This document shows positions 1 through 37,800 of a DNA stretch of 64,000 nt, in pieces. The notes under the pieces are model-generated. The model was not told where the DNA came from and ran no database searches. It saw only the letters and a program-made list of their open reading frames with translations. A program made the translations under genes and the position numbers. Positions within the stretch are counted from its first letter, which is position 1. Each line of letters starts with the position of its first letter. The DNA is from Lingula anatina (taxonomy: Eukaryota > Animalia > Brachiopoda), in the NCBI GenBank assembly GCA_051362555.1, contig CM120641.1, positions 36,214,401 through 36,278,400 on the forward strand, written 5' to 3'.

Positions 1-448
1 AATTTTTCCTGCTCACAAATTATGACTTGCTTCATTCCTGCATTTGGATTCAATGCATTAAAATACCTTAATTTACGTGTTCCAGCATACAAAGTGACAT
101 AGGAAAAATGTTCAAACACGTATGGTGTTATTTCTAAACTAACAACAAAGTCATCTTGTCTCACAACTTTGAATTTTGAACTTTGGTGCTCCTTTTCAAA
201 ATAATTTTCAACAGAGTTACATTTTATCTGGCTGCTATCAGTATGATTACTAGCACTAGTACATATTTGACGCATATCCGTTTTGGCAACATATACCTTT
301 ATGATTTTGACAGGACACCCATTTCAACAGAAAACATATCTCTGTGCGACTGACAATATAAATCACATTCCACTGTTGACAACTCTGGGCATAACAACCC
401 GCAACAGAATTTCAACTTTGATTTTTGCTGCTAAAAAGATTTGACAAA

Positions 449-481
<33 letters not shown>
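449..481. repeat. Poly-G tract
   Basis: 33 consecutive G. Confidence 0.9.
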
Positions 482-879
482 CGGACAAAGGGTGAATCCT
501 CAAGTGTGGTTCCGAAACATAAGAGGGCACATAGTAGGAAACTCAAACAGAATATCTACTAATATAGCCCAAGTGGAAGAATAACATACAGATCGGACAG
601 ACTTTAAAACATTTTGGTTCGATCAATCTGTTACTAAAGTTGAACCTCCAGAATTTGATAAAGAACGACGTTGATTGAGAATTATCACGGTTCTCTACAC
701 AACATTTCTCCTTTTTCAAATATATCTAAATACTTAAACGTGACCGAAAATATTCAAGGGCTATTATAATTGGAATCGGTTTACCATTGAGATGCCTGAG
801 TTGCCATATTCCCTGCTGAATTCCACTGCATCGCGCCTGTGTTCAGCATTACTTAGCAATATGGAGGATCTTTCTACTG

Positions 880-939
880 TGACGTCACGTTGATATGATG
901 GATTCGTGCGCCATTCTGAAACGAGGGCAATTGACGTCA
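880..939. promoter_or_regulatory. Two perfect cAMP-response elements (TGACGTCA at 880-887 and 932-939) in the PKA-RI promoter region
   Basis: Exact 8-bp CREB/ATF palindromes 52 bp apart, about 200-260 bp upstream of the ATG, in a locally CpG-rich stretch. Confidence 0.7.
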
Positions 940-1139
940 GAAATATTTAGAAGAAAATAATTCCAAGACGTTCCAACCCTCTTTTGTCTGATGTTTGTTT
1001 ACAATTTTTGATTATCAAAACTGAAATATTTAAAGCCGCTACGAATTTTTATTTGCAAACCAAATCGTTTTGTGGTTTTGATTTTTAGAAGCGCATTAAA
1101 GTTGACCTATTTCTAGATCAGTTCTTGGGTTCAGCTGCG

Positions 1140-24693
<23,554 letters not shown>

Positions 24694-24907
24694 ACTGGAC
24701 AGGGACGGATATGAATGTGGAGTTGCTTGGAAATTATTATGGTTTTTATCAGTAATATTTGCATGGAGAAAAGACGACTTTGTTCTGAATTAAGAAGGCA
24801 AATGCTAGTAGAAACTTGATTCAGTAAAATTTTGAGAATTTAAAGTTGACTTGAATGTCAAAACAGCACCAGTTTCCTTTGAAAATTGATATCCCTCAAT
24901 TTTAGAA

Positions 24908-24943
<36 letters not shown>

Positions 24944-26461
24944 GCAGACTGTTGTCTGATGAAATTGTGCCTTAATTTACCATTTAGCTTCCTTTCTGTT
25001 TTGATGGTTAACCTTAAAATTGCTTGTGAACTTTAAACTCTCAGAGGATTTACTGCAATTAGGGACTTCTTGAGTGATTTGTGCTACTCTGAATTCAGGT
25101 GGTCAGAGGTTCTCAGAGAAGAAATGGAATCATGTCTTAAACTTTATTTCATAAGGATTGAACGAGTGCACATGTCATTTTATCTTTGGGTCAATTTCAT
25201 ATCAGCTTTAGTCTGAACTTTTGCAAAGATTAGATTTATACTTAGCACCTGGTTTAAATCCGGGTTACCTTCATCATATATCTAATTTTAAATCGGACTT
25301 TAACTGATATGGATTCTTGACTTAATCCAAATATATATGAATTGGCCCTTAATGTTATGTTGTAATTTATTAGTGACAGTGTTAATTTTTTTTCTGCTGT
25401 TTGCGTTTGTTGTTGCTTCTCCCAGTTGTGGGACACGCAGCACAATTTGTGTTGGTAGAAATCCATTCATAATTGAATGTTATAATGCCAAAGAAGCAGT
25501 GGGTATTGACCTAAGACTTGATGTAATCATACCTTGGCATGTGCTTGAATGCATTCTTTTTGTCAAATAATAAAATCCAAATAATAGTAATAACAAAATT
25601 GGCCAAAATAATCATGAATCAGAGAATAAATGAAACAATTTCCATTTGCTTTTGCCAAAGTAAATTAATTTTTAGTTATTGATGTAAAGTTCACATTGCA
25701 CATGTGAGCCAAATATACCTAGGAAATTCCTGTATTAGAATTGTGGCTGCAGTCAAGATATTGATCGCAGGTCAATTAAATGTGAGAATATTCATAGCAC
25801 TTGATGGGTCTGGGAGAAAATCCTTTAACAGTAAACCAGTTACTATATAGACACTGATTTGGTATTGAGGAAAGGCTGCTGAAGGGAACAGCAAATCCCT
25901 GTCAGTTTCTTTTTCAAATGATTAAATGTTTCATCAAAACAGCTGAACAGTCATGATTTGAAGCCTTATTGGCTTAATAATGGTACTTGAAAATGAACTG
26001 ATTGCCTTGACAAGGGGCAATGTAATTAATAAAAGCAAGTGTAGTGTTCTTCAGGAGTGCTCACCAAACAGAATTAGATGTTACTCCTGCATTACAGCAC
26101 TGGCTGGTAGTGTTAATTTATTAGCTGCCCAAAGCAGGGTGAAGATCCTGGCAGTTTATATGCTCAGTGATTTTTTCCCATAATATGAGACATCAAATTG
26201 AACCAATTTAGGCTGGTTAGAGCAGCAAGTAAAAAGATTCTCATGCCTCAGTGCATTCATTAACAGTTAGGAAAGACGTAATGGTATTTTTCATGAAAGG
26301 TCTTTTAAAGGCTGTCCTAAGAAAGAAAAAATAAAAACACTGCTGACCATGTATTAGTAGAAATGGTGACTCACTTGAACTTTGTAATTGCTCACTATGT
26401 ATGTTTGTATAACAGTTTGTAAATGTATTTTTCATTGTACGTTAGCTACCAACAATACAGA

Positions 26462-26467
26462 AATAAA
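26462..26467 (+). terminator. Candidate polyadenylation signal of PKA-RI (about 1.8 kb 3'UTR)
   Basis: AATAAA with several upstream TGTA elements and a downstream GT/T-rich tract (tttgttgttgtaatatgtttgt); other AATAAA at about 25570 and 25625 are alternatives. Confidence 0.45.
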
Positions 26468-26799
26468 TATATGACTTCATTTGTTGTTGTAATATGTTTG
26501 TCAAACCATTCTGATATAATTATGAAAAATAAGGAAAGTCCCAAAATAACTAAAATTTTATGTCCTTGTCTTTGTCAGTGTCATCGTTCATGTAGTAATA
26601 ATTTGGAATATATATTCCAATTAAGGCTACTGTCTTTGCATTAATATTGTTTAATGCATCAAGGCCAATATTTTTAAAATATCTAAAGAGTCCACATGCC
26701 ATGGTAGCTATGAGTTACAACAATCATCTATTATTAAAGTAAACAAACAAAGGGCATTTTCACTGGAAAGCTCATGCAAAAAAGGGGAAAGCTTTTGTT

Positions 26800-27020
26800 T
26801 TGGTCTCCTTGGTTGTCTGCGCCTCCCACACCATTCATCTCGATCTTCATCCCTTTGATCTCACCATATCTTTCTGTTCCACCATTTTCTTTCTTCTTAC
26901 GCCAGTGGTCAAACATTGTCATTCTCTTTCTCCCTGTGCCTCTTTCACCATTAAACCTGCCTTCAGTGACATCCCTATGCAGTCCATAATGCCTCACAAA
27001 GTGACCAATCCATTTCTCAA
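26800..27020 (-). mobile_element. Old RTE-type LINE 3' remnant
   Basis: EKWIGHFVRHYGLHRDVTEGRFNGERGTGRKRMTMFD resembles the RTE ORF C-terminus (W.GH..R...EG...G.R..GR.R). Confidence 0.6.
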
Positions 27021-27810
27021 CGATGCCAAATTTTCAAAACGCATGGCAATGCATTAATGTCTGGCAACAATCCTTCTTGCAGAGCACTTAAGATAATGAC
27101 TACAAATGATTCAACCTTAAATGATGTATATTTGTTCAAAAATGATGAAATTTACCTTTCAAAATTTAATGACCTGACAGGTTTTCCCTGTAGATGAAAG
27201 CATTATAAGTCCTGAAATCGAGGCCCTTTGCTTTCATCACAGGAAAAAGTCACACTTGGATTGGACTGAATAAGGTGCTATTTAGAAGATTTATGCAGCT
27301 TTAACTGTACTCAAGCAGGTCTGCACTCAGCCAGGTTCATTCACATCAGCAGATTCTGATTTTTGTGCTCATGCTCAAAATTGTGAAGATCCTGCCATTT
27401 TGAATTCTTTGATGTAATTTTCTCTGTGTTCGAACATGGCACAAAGGTCTAGCAATGTTGGGAAGTGGAAGCAAGAAGCCTTTGTAATGATCCCATATTG
27501 AGATTCCTGTCACATTCTGGCAAGGTCCATTCATCATAATGTGCAGAAGTCGACTGGAAAAATGTTTTAAGGTCAGCTAATGCATTTTTTTTTAAATCTT
27601 TTTGTGTGTGTGTTTAGGAGGAGGACATAAGCATAAAATTGAATATTACCTTGTGAAAACATCAGTCACTAGGGCTTCTGATCTTTTCTCCAGATTGCTT
27701 CTTCCAGCTTTTAACCTTTCTTTCTGTGTTTATCATATTTTTCACCATGCCCTCTCAATGAAAGAAAACGAAGGCAGTGTCAGATTAAACTGGAGGTTAT
27801 ATTTCACACA

Positions 27811-28041
27811 TCATTTTGTAACTGGCAAACATGACATCAATAGCAGGGCAAATATAATCCCGATTATTACATCAACAAAATAACGTGCAAATTTTGATTG
27901 TTTTTGAATCCTTTTACCATGGCCAAGCTTTATGAAATGTTTTACTACATCTTGTAGGTCATTTTGTTTAATGGGTTCATAACCCAAGTCTCTCCGACTC
28001 TTTCCTATATTGAAATAATGTGTAACACCTGTCTTGTAGAC
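27811..28041 (-). CDS. SDR42E1: SDR42E1 coding exon 10 (TM tail, stop)
   Basis: VYKTGVTHYFNIGKSRRDLGYEP...VIIGIIFALLLMSCLPVTK TGA. Confidence 0.92.
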   Translation of the reverse strand, partial: VYKTGVTHYFNIGKSRRDLGYEPIKQNDLQDVVKHFIKLGHGKRIQKQSKFARYFVDVIIGIIFALLLMSCLPVTK

Positions 28042-30886
28042 CTGAAAGAGAAAATAAATAAATAAATCATGATAATGTACTCAAGAAATGTTATTTTGTG
28101 TATTAGAATGGTTACCTTCTTGTAATGGCAATGGATATATAATGTGAATGTGCTCTACACCCCATTTAATACAAAACATCAAATGAGTATCTAGTTCGGC
28201 AACAAATTACATTTCTCCATTTTTACATACACACAGTTTTTCCCTCCATAATATTTTCATCTCATGTTATAACACAATCTACAGAAATGCCATTGTATCT
28301 CATCATGACATTTTCACAACCAAATATATGCACAAATAAAAGGAAAAATTACATGTAGGGCCTCTTATGAGAATTGTGTACACTGCATTTCATGGATAAT
28401 GTCTTTGGGGAGATATAAGGAGTGCTTGTACTGCTGGTATTGTGCTAGTGAGGCCTGAAGAATACCTATTACAATTGTTGTTGCTGTCGGTGGACCTCAT
28501 TCCTCATTCATTAAACAGTAAATGCTACAGGAAAGAAAGTAACTGTTGTGCCAAGAGCATTTTGGAGTTCAATTACAACAATTATTCTGAAAAACCTGTT
28601 GTACAACTACAGCAATAAGAGAGAGAGACTAAACCTGCATGTAGGGTATATTTCTATTTTGTTCAAATTCGTTACCCACCTCAGTTCTGGTCAACAATGG
28701 TTGAAAGTTGTAGACCTTGGAGACCATCAAATGAACCATCTCTGTTATAAATGCTGTGAACAAATACAATTTAATGTTAATGCATATAATAGATGATAAA
28801 TGTAAGCTAGCAGAATATCACAATAAAACCTAGCTGTTGCTTGGACTGTTAGATTTACTGAAGCAAAAAAACACAGACTTATCTGCAATATTGCTGTGTA
28901 AGAGGCTTTTTAATCATTAAAAATCCTTTTAAGTTCTATGTTGTGTGCTGATAAATGAAATCACACGAGGATGTAAGATCACAGGTAGGCACATGAGCCA
29001 GTAATATAGAATTACATGCTTGAGCTTAAAAGCCAAGCTTGGCTGACATTAATTTTGTCTGCAAAATGTCTCCAGTGTCATATTTTAACAACATGTTTTT
29101 ACAGTAAAAAAAAAAAAAAAAAACGCATGTTCACAGAGACATTAGCCACACCTGGATAGGATGGTCAGGATATCATTGAAATATCATGGTCAGGATATCA
29201 TTGGAATATCATGGTCTGGATATCATTGAAATATCTATATCTGGATATATTAGGCAATCAAATAATTGCCAAATAAACTCCAGTTTAGCAAGAGTCTACA
29301 TTTGTGCTTGTAATCTCCATTGATTCAGTGGACATACGTCAGTGCTCCTTTCCATTTGATTCATATTGTGAACAGATGATATCAAATGAAACATTTCAGA
29401 ACTGGTTTTACTTCTGCCAATGTGATAAAATTTTATCATTAAAATGTAGTAGTGTATCTAATAAATCAAAGTCACTCAGCATGCCACTGCAAAGATAAGA
29501 TATATATTTTATTTTATAATTGTACATAAAGAGTTACAAATGGTATAACATGGAAACAAGAGGGGAACAACAATCAGTTTTTTTTCCATTTTTGCATCTT
29601 GTTTTCACTTAAACCAATTGACTGACTTACCAAAAAAATACACGAGAGTCAAAGGTACATTGACTTTTGGATAAGAATAACCTAAACCTTCTACCTGTAA
29701 GTAGAAAAAAAAGCATATCATAATCATATCATTTCTACCACAAGTAGAAAAGCTGTTTCTCCAGGGTTTTGACAAAATACCAACACAAGAAAGGACAGCA
29801 AGACAGAAAGAAAAATTAACACAAACAATTTTTGACAGGTTGACAAAGCAAAATTTAAAAACAAACAGGTTAAGGCCCATGAGAGTTCAAAGTCACACCT
29901 TGAAAGTGCTAATGGGTGAACAATGTAAAATTCCACAAAAAATTGGAAAAAAAAACATATCTTCCGGAAGCTTGAGTTTCATTTTAGTCCTAAGAATCAT
30001 TCTTGTAAGTCTGAAATAATTAGTAACACAGTTTTTCTTTTACTAACAGTGTAATTAAAGAAAATGGACGGTGATGGCACCAGCAACAACAGACACAGGT
30101 GATCGCTAATGTCCAACACACAGTGTCTTCCATACTATAACAGATACTGAAGCCGTTTAAATGATGTATTATAAATAATCAAGCAGTTGCCTGCCCAGCA
30201 GCAGTCCACTTGAGAGCGGAGAGGTTTGACACATAGATATACCACTGGGTGGTGACTGACTTAACTACAAAGGCATAATTTTATCTGCTGTACAAGCATT
30301 TTATTTTGGTTCATTCATGAGCAAGCCATCACACTTATTACTAACTATTTGGTTGAATTCAGCTGTTTAATACAGGTGAGTAAAGCCAGCATTTGCTTAA
30401 TATAATTTTATGGTACATTGGAGACAAAACACTCAGGTAATGGAATGTTTCTTTGATTCAATTTGCAAAATCACTATTACTTTAAGTATCAACTCCTCCT
30501 TATCGTAATTTCATTGCTGTGTCTGCATACATGATAACAACAGAACTTGTATCAGGCATAATGTTAGGCAACCATTAGAGGAAAACAATCGCGACATCTT
30601 ACCATGTGAAAAATGGTACTTCCAGGCGCAAGATTGCTTAATTTTGCAGCTATTTTTCTCCAGATTGCACCAGTAATTGAAAACTAATCAGGTAGATTAT
30701 TCATTCATTTTTCACAATTCTATGAGTCTACAGTGAATATATGATAATCCAGATAAAACAGTGATATTCTGGAAACTTACCAAGAAAATTTGTCTGCAAT
30801 GGGTATTCTGCAAGCATGGTACTGGTAAACTTTCAGCAAACCAATCACAGTTTTTTTAAAAAGATGAATTTATTTCATTCCCCTTC

Positions 30887-30919
<33 letters not shown>

Positions 30920-31781
30920 TAAAACTTTTAAAATAATTTTCTTCTACCCCCTCCAAAGTAAAAATCATTGCTCTGTCAGATCTATAAGCATTATACGTAA
31001 TTAGGAAAATGGCCATTAGCCTACAGGTCTCTTCACAAGTGAGACCCGCATTTCTCACAGCCACAAAGTAGCATGCTATCTCCAATGCAATTAGTACTGG
31101 GAAATTGAATTGTAGGTGACTAGATTAGTTGTTATAAAGACTATAATAAGCCCAGCTGCACTGGCATCATACAGGACGCAGTGTAGTTCTATAACTAGCA
31201 CTCTGAATTTGTAAAATTACCAATATGATTTCAAACAGAAAACAAAATCAATACTACAAAAGAAAAGTGGAACTTGGGTGGTAATAGTGGTAATAGGGGT
31301 TTAGATAGACACAAAAACCATACCAGCACATATATCTACGTAACTGAAGCATAGGTAGATCCTGGGGATGGGAGGAGGGGGGTTAGGCAAAAATTGTCCC
31401 CTTCTGTATACCCTGTTATGCCATTGTTTTTGGAGGGTGTTATTTTAGCCTGTGGATTATAAGATTAGGCATTAGGTTGTTGAAATAGGACTTTTACTGA
31501 ATTCCAAAAGTTTGTGAAAAAGAATACAACTTACCAAAGGTCTAAAGAACTCAAAGTTATTGACAGGCTTGCCATCTGATATGAAATAGGTTTGGCCAGC
31601 CTGAAATAAAACATTAAAAATATTGTCACTTCTTTGGATCTTATGGCCCTTTTCACATTGTGTGGTGTACTTCTCTGTATCCTAATGTTTTGAGAGATGA
31701 ACAACTTAAAAACCTGGTTTTTATGCAAGAGAGCCATCTAAATGGAGCCCCTACATATATGCTCTCTCTCTCTCTCTCTCG

Positions 31782-31817
<36 letters not shown>

Positions 31818-34800
31818 TACACACACACACACCAAACCTAGGATATACCACACACACTACCTTGGCACATACATTATAAGAATATTATAATGAAGTGTGC
31901 TTTTGTGTAGTACATGTAACACCATACATAATGCTGATATCATAGTTTATTTTAAATTTCCCAAGAAAATTATTACATAAGTCAGTTTCAGCTTTGGGCA
32001 TTGAAAGTCTCTGGTGGGACATACTAAATCTGCTCCACCTGCACCACCTCTCCCATTCCATCTCTATGTACATGAGGACACGCCCATGCATGCACGCACC
32101 CACACTAGAATGCATGCATCAGCCAAACCAGCAATTTGTAGATAGGTATACAGTCTCATCATCATTCAACTGTGGTAAAGATTTTCCGGCTGGTTAAGAT
32201 AAGTAAAATGCTCCTCAGTGGTGAAAAGATCGTTTATTGGATTATTGTCCCCTTCATAGCATGAGAAGAACTCACTGGGGAAATACAGTATCATCACTTT
32301 CAAAGAAAGACAGGCACAAGGAGTATACTTTTCCATTTTATGTGAAATTGATAGAGTAATGGCATTGCTAAGTGGGTTAATATTTTGGAAGAAAGAATAA
32401 TGGACATGAATAAATATGGAGCCACTTCAAAAAAAAAAAAAAAAAAAAAAAAGAGAGAGAAAGAGACAGAGACAGACAGAGAAAGTGAAAGAAAGAGAGG
32501 TGCAAAATAAGAAGAAACAAGTTAACAAAAACTAAGTCAAATTCTTAGACAAATCAACAACTTGCTCTTACAGCTATATGTTCCTTTTCTTTAGAAAGTG
32601 CCTTTCCTGCCAGAAGATGTGCCAGCACCAAGTTCTCCACATGGAGAAACTCCACCAATGAATCCCTAGCACCATACGTCACTGCAAACAGCCCACGTTC
32701 TATGTAAGACTGGAAGACAAAAATACTTTGTAATTATGATAATCACTTGCTATAAAAGATAATCAAATCAAAATCCATACTTTGGTTTGTTAAATGATGA
32801 TATAAGTGATCAAATATTAGTTATCTTAAAAAATAATGACAGTCTAATAATATTCTCCTACATTCAAGAACAAAAACGTCTCATAGACTATGCATGATTT
32901 CCAACACATATTTTTTTCATAATACTATTTAATATTAATTTTCATTTCCTGCCACAGAAAAAAAGGGAAGTAAGCCCAAGATATCACTATCTCCACAAAT
33001 ATTGCACTAACATTGTGATACAGGACTTGCTCACAGGTATACGCACTCATTACCCACACATCAATACCCAGTGGACAGTTTTAAACAAAGGCTGCGATCC
33101 TGAAAGTAAGTTTATCATTTCTGTCTTGGGATCAGCCTGAGCTGGGCCACTCAGTAAGTTTATCATTTTTCTGTCTTGGGACCAGCCTAGGCCAGGCAAC
33201 TCAGCAAGTCAATTTCATTATTAGTTATGAAAACCCCTGCAATTGCCAACAGCCATGTTCGAGATAGGTATCGCTCAACCTAGAGAAAACTCCCACGATG
33301 GGTCTGCATGTAATTACTAGAAGACTGTCAAGACAATGACATGTAGTGAGAATGATGAAATACCAAGTTACTTCTGTCCTTGGACAAAGCATAAACTTTC
33401 ACAAGGTTTTCACAAAGTTTACCTTTTATGTTATATCAAATTGTGAAACTGAAAAAAAAAACTTGGTTTGCAGGGATCTCAAGATTAACACTATATCAGA
33501 CATGAGCCTAGGTTTAAATAAAACCTCTGAACATTTATCATGGGACCCATTACACCTATTTTATTGCAGATCTTGACGAATCTCAGGAACCATCAGAATT
33601 GCATTAAAAAATGCGGAATTCCACGTTTCCGCAGAAAAAAGCTCATGTCTGCCATATTCACAAACATAATTACATATTATTTCTTTCAATTTTTTTTTTC
33701 ATTTATTTATTACAAAAAAAAAAGGCAACAGAAAGGGGAGAATTAACTCCACTCTTGCTTAATAAATAAGATTTTTGTAGTATCTGACATTTTGTGCATA
33801 AAGTAAAAAAAATAAATCTTATTATACGTCACTGCAGAAAGGTTATTGTCTACTGAATTCTCAGTAACAACTTAACTGATGTTTTGGCATGTAATTCACC
33901 ATTGTTGAAGCAAGATCTTATTCAAGCTACTGTAATGTTTGAAGTTTTTCGGGGTAACTGTTGTCTTTTAAATTTCATTCACTTAGTTCTTTTTTCTTTC
34001 ATGATAACATGCGATTTTTTTTGTGGCTGCCACATATTATATAGATGTTCTACATATACTTTTAAGCCTGATACTGAGAGATGCCTTTTCAGCTGTCCAA
34101 AATCAAGATCCTTTGATTCACTTTAATGTCCAGAGACATGTACATACATGTTTAATATAACAGAGCAAATGACTACAGTATCCACAGTAAAGTGGTATCA
34201 AAAAGATACTGATAAATTTATATATTTTGGATGTGTATTATTTATTTAATATTCATTTACAATCCTTACTTTTGGAAGAAACTCTTTAAATCTATAGTAC
34301 AATGTAGTAGAGTTAAACAGCAAAACCCATCAAATTGCACTGACACTATAAAGAGAGACTGATCTAGATCTAATCAGTTTTGTGAGATGAATGTTTTCCA
34401 TGAAATCCCATATGACCCAAAATAAAAAGGAAATGCATGAATTCTTAGATATATTTCCATCTTCCATTTTCTCTATTCAACCTTTCCTTGACATCTGAAT
34501 GTACAGCAAATAACAAAACCCTCAAAATTACCCACCCCAATACATAGAAAACCAAAGCAAAAATGAAGAAAAAATAGACTTGGAGCCAGACCTATCAGAT
34601 GCTAGTTACTATTTCTAACATTTAGAGAAATGGATGACGCTTTGTGGAGTTACTGACAGACATCATCAATTTCAATACCATATTTTGCATCTGTTTTATC
34701 ATGTATAAAAATTCAGGCAATGTTTTTTTTAAACAAATATAATTATTTATACCCCCCAAAGCAGGTATAATCAAAATATGTAATTATACACTGTATATTC

Positions 34801-37800
34801 TAATTTGATATACTGGTATACAAATGCAAATTCATACAAAAAACATACTTCATGTTTCCATAATTAAGACATAGGATCTCACAATGTGTGCATTTTTTTT
34901 TTAGCTCTATGTATGCAACATACTAAGATGTCACATAAAAGCCATTCCATGTCATTTAGTTGGAAATATTTACCAGCCAGAGAGACCAGAGAACTGCACG
35001 TCATTTTACATGCTGCTTAAAACCTGTTAAGCTGTTGACAAAATGACATTTCCGAGAATTGCGGCCTTCTTGCTCTCCACTGCTGTTGCTGCTCTTGAGT
35101 AGCATCAGGCTTCACTGACAGCAACCTTTCTGTAATTGTTCCAGGGTTATAAATACATCAAGTATCTTTCCATTGTAATCAACAGAACATTACCGCTCTA
35201 TGAATCTGACATTTCATAAGTATTTTGGATTTTTTTCCAAATATTCTGTAAATCTTTAAATGTAATTTTTAGCATTCCTTATGCAGATTTTTAAGCTACA
35301 GCTAGAAAACAATCAATCCTATATGTATGTTATGAACAAAACCATTATCATCATTGTATGACATCTTACCATTTAACAATGGACCTTCATTGTCTTTTAT
35401 GACTTTATCATTACATGACTCGATTGAGGCTCCAAGACAATATGAAAATACAAAATACAACACTACTCAAGCCAGTAAACACCACAATGACATCTTTATT
35501 TCAAATTTAAATACCTTGGACAAAACTGTGATTTTTCAGCCCATCAAATTGCACTTCAGAGGAACTAAATGGCCAGAATAACATAAGTGTCACAATCGAT
35601 ATCTATTGTTTTTGATCAGTGAAGTGTAAACTTACAAGCCATACCCTAGGGAATGCAATGAGAGAAAATGATTCAAACCAACACTAATGTGATCAAGGAA
35701 TCAAGGGTATATTCTTGCTCTGATTTAATTCTAGAATACATGATTCTCACGAAAATTGCATTATGAAATGAGACTTAAGGTTGTTAAGAGTCTTCTTCCC
35801 CAACAGGAATGGCTTCATTGTTTTGAATCGCTCAGCTGTATGAATATCTGCCTGAAAGTTAATATTGGATTCTGCCACTCTGATCCAAGTAGTGATGACA
35901 TGAAAATTAACATGCCTTTGTGCATAAATTAATTCTTTTCTAATTTGATGAAGTACTTTTCACTTCAAAATAATAATAATAAAAACTCTAATTTCTTACT
36001 TTTTACAATATCTTCATATTTACTGTCAAGGTTCAGCATGAAGATGATAACAATAACCTGTCAGCTGGCTATTACATTGCCAACACAAACAACAGTTCAA
36101 CACAATTACACACCATACTTAAAATAAAATTCATTCAAATATTGTCCGGGAATTTCAACTCCAAGCCTGATTAGATGGAAGGAAATTGACTTTCTACCTT
36201 GAAAAGAATGCACTATATGTCCTCCGTACAAGTTAGATATCCCTGAAAAGGTGACATTTCTGCCACATTAACTTTGGGTCATGTTTAATATAACCTGACC
36301 ATTCCATGAGCAGAAAATAGCTATATTCATAACATACATCAACAACAACAACAATAATAATAAATTTCTTTGATTTTTTTTTCATTTACGTCAGCCTCAG
36401 TGATGCCTAAATACAGGGAGTGTACATGTACTTGGAAGTAAATTTTTCTGGAAAAAATGGCTAACTTTATTGATTTATCAACTGAGCAGTAAATCATAAG
36501 GGATCACCAAGTAAAACTGGATTACACTTCCCTCTCTCCCATCAATACCAAGATTTTCTAGTAATCCTGGCAATATTTTCAAAATGCTCCTCTGGGGCTC
36601 CAATACTTAAAAGCCCCGACCACCATGCATTTTCCTCACACACCTTTCAATTGTACACATTGCAGGGCATTAACCCTAACTTTCAGACCCAGCAGCATGG
36701 AAAAAAGACCTCCAGAAACTCGACAAAATTTGGCATGTTCTGATGGGACAGGAGGTAATCCTGCAGAATACTGCAAAGTCAGGAACTGTTAAGTCCACTA
36801 CAGCAATCAGTCAATGAAAACGGTATCTACTCCTGCACTGATAGAATAAACATACAGCCTATATACAGCGTCAATAGTGGAGTCGGTGTCATAGCCTGAA
36901 AATTCATTTGCTTGGATCACTGAGAAGAACTAAAGTACCCAGAGTCAAGTGAGCCTCAGGCAAATGCTGCTTCTCATCAATACTGGTGACAGAGCCATTG
37001 GTGGTGTCAGAGACATAGGGTGTGACATACAACTGGGAGGCTCTGTTGGTGCTACTGATGAAAACTGCATAAAAACTGTAAGTAATTTCATAATTAACTA
37101 ATTGATGTTATTTTGATATGATTTCGGTCATAAGTGTTGATAAAAAAAGGAGGATTTCCAGGGATGTAGGGGCATAATTATGGAAATTGACTTCTGTCAC
37201 AGGAAAACATTGGAAAATCAAATTACTTTGGAATTTTTTAATCTCTGGATATACTGGTATATTCAACTAAAAATGTTCCGTAAAACATACCCTAAATGTT
37301 CAGTAGAAACAAAGGCATTAAGCAAGTCACTGGAGTTTTTGTTTTTGTTTTGTGTGTGTGTTTTTTTCTATTTACAAGGAAATTACAGTCATGTACGTAT
37401 GTGGTTTCCATTTTGCACATTTTGTTACAGTTTTTGGCTAATTGCTGTTACCATTCTAAAAAAGGTCTCCAGATAGTTGTTAAGTCATCATTCGTAACAA
37501 TTGCCAGGTTTTTGTGACAAAAGGACTAATTAACAGTAATTACCAAGCAAGCCACATCTCAAGAGAGTTTGTCACACATAAAATGGCAATTCTTGTCATT
37601 AATCTGACAGAAAGAATAGGTGAAGATACTTGGCGAGGTGGTTATGAAAGGATGAATGAATAAAAGCATATGCCATTTCATTAATTCTATACCTGCTTTT
37701 AATAGTTGTGACTCATACGCTATGATTTCAAATTTGCGTTGATGGATCCAGGGTATTTTGATAACTAGGATGAAACTAGCAAATACAATTTTCACCAAAT

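Noticed and set aside
449-481. Poly-G as a promoter G-quadruplex
   Set aside because: Similar G/C homopolymers recur across the window (about 4565, 30888, 46801) in repeat contexts, and homopolymer length is error-prone
29161-29250. Short regularly spaced repeats considered as CRISPR-like
   Set aside because: Contiguous units with no unique spacers, eukaryotic intron context and no cas genes
35040-35110. QQWRARRPQF as a neuropeptide precursor motif
   Set aside because: No Gly-Lys/Arg amidation site, no signal peptide and no repeats
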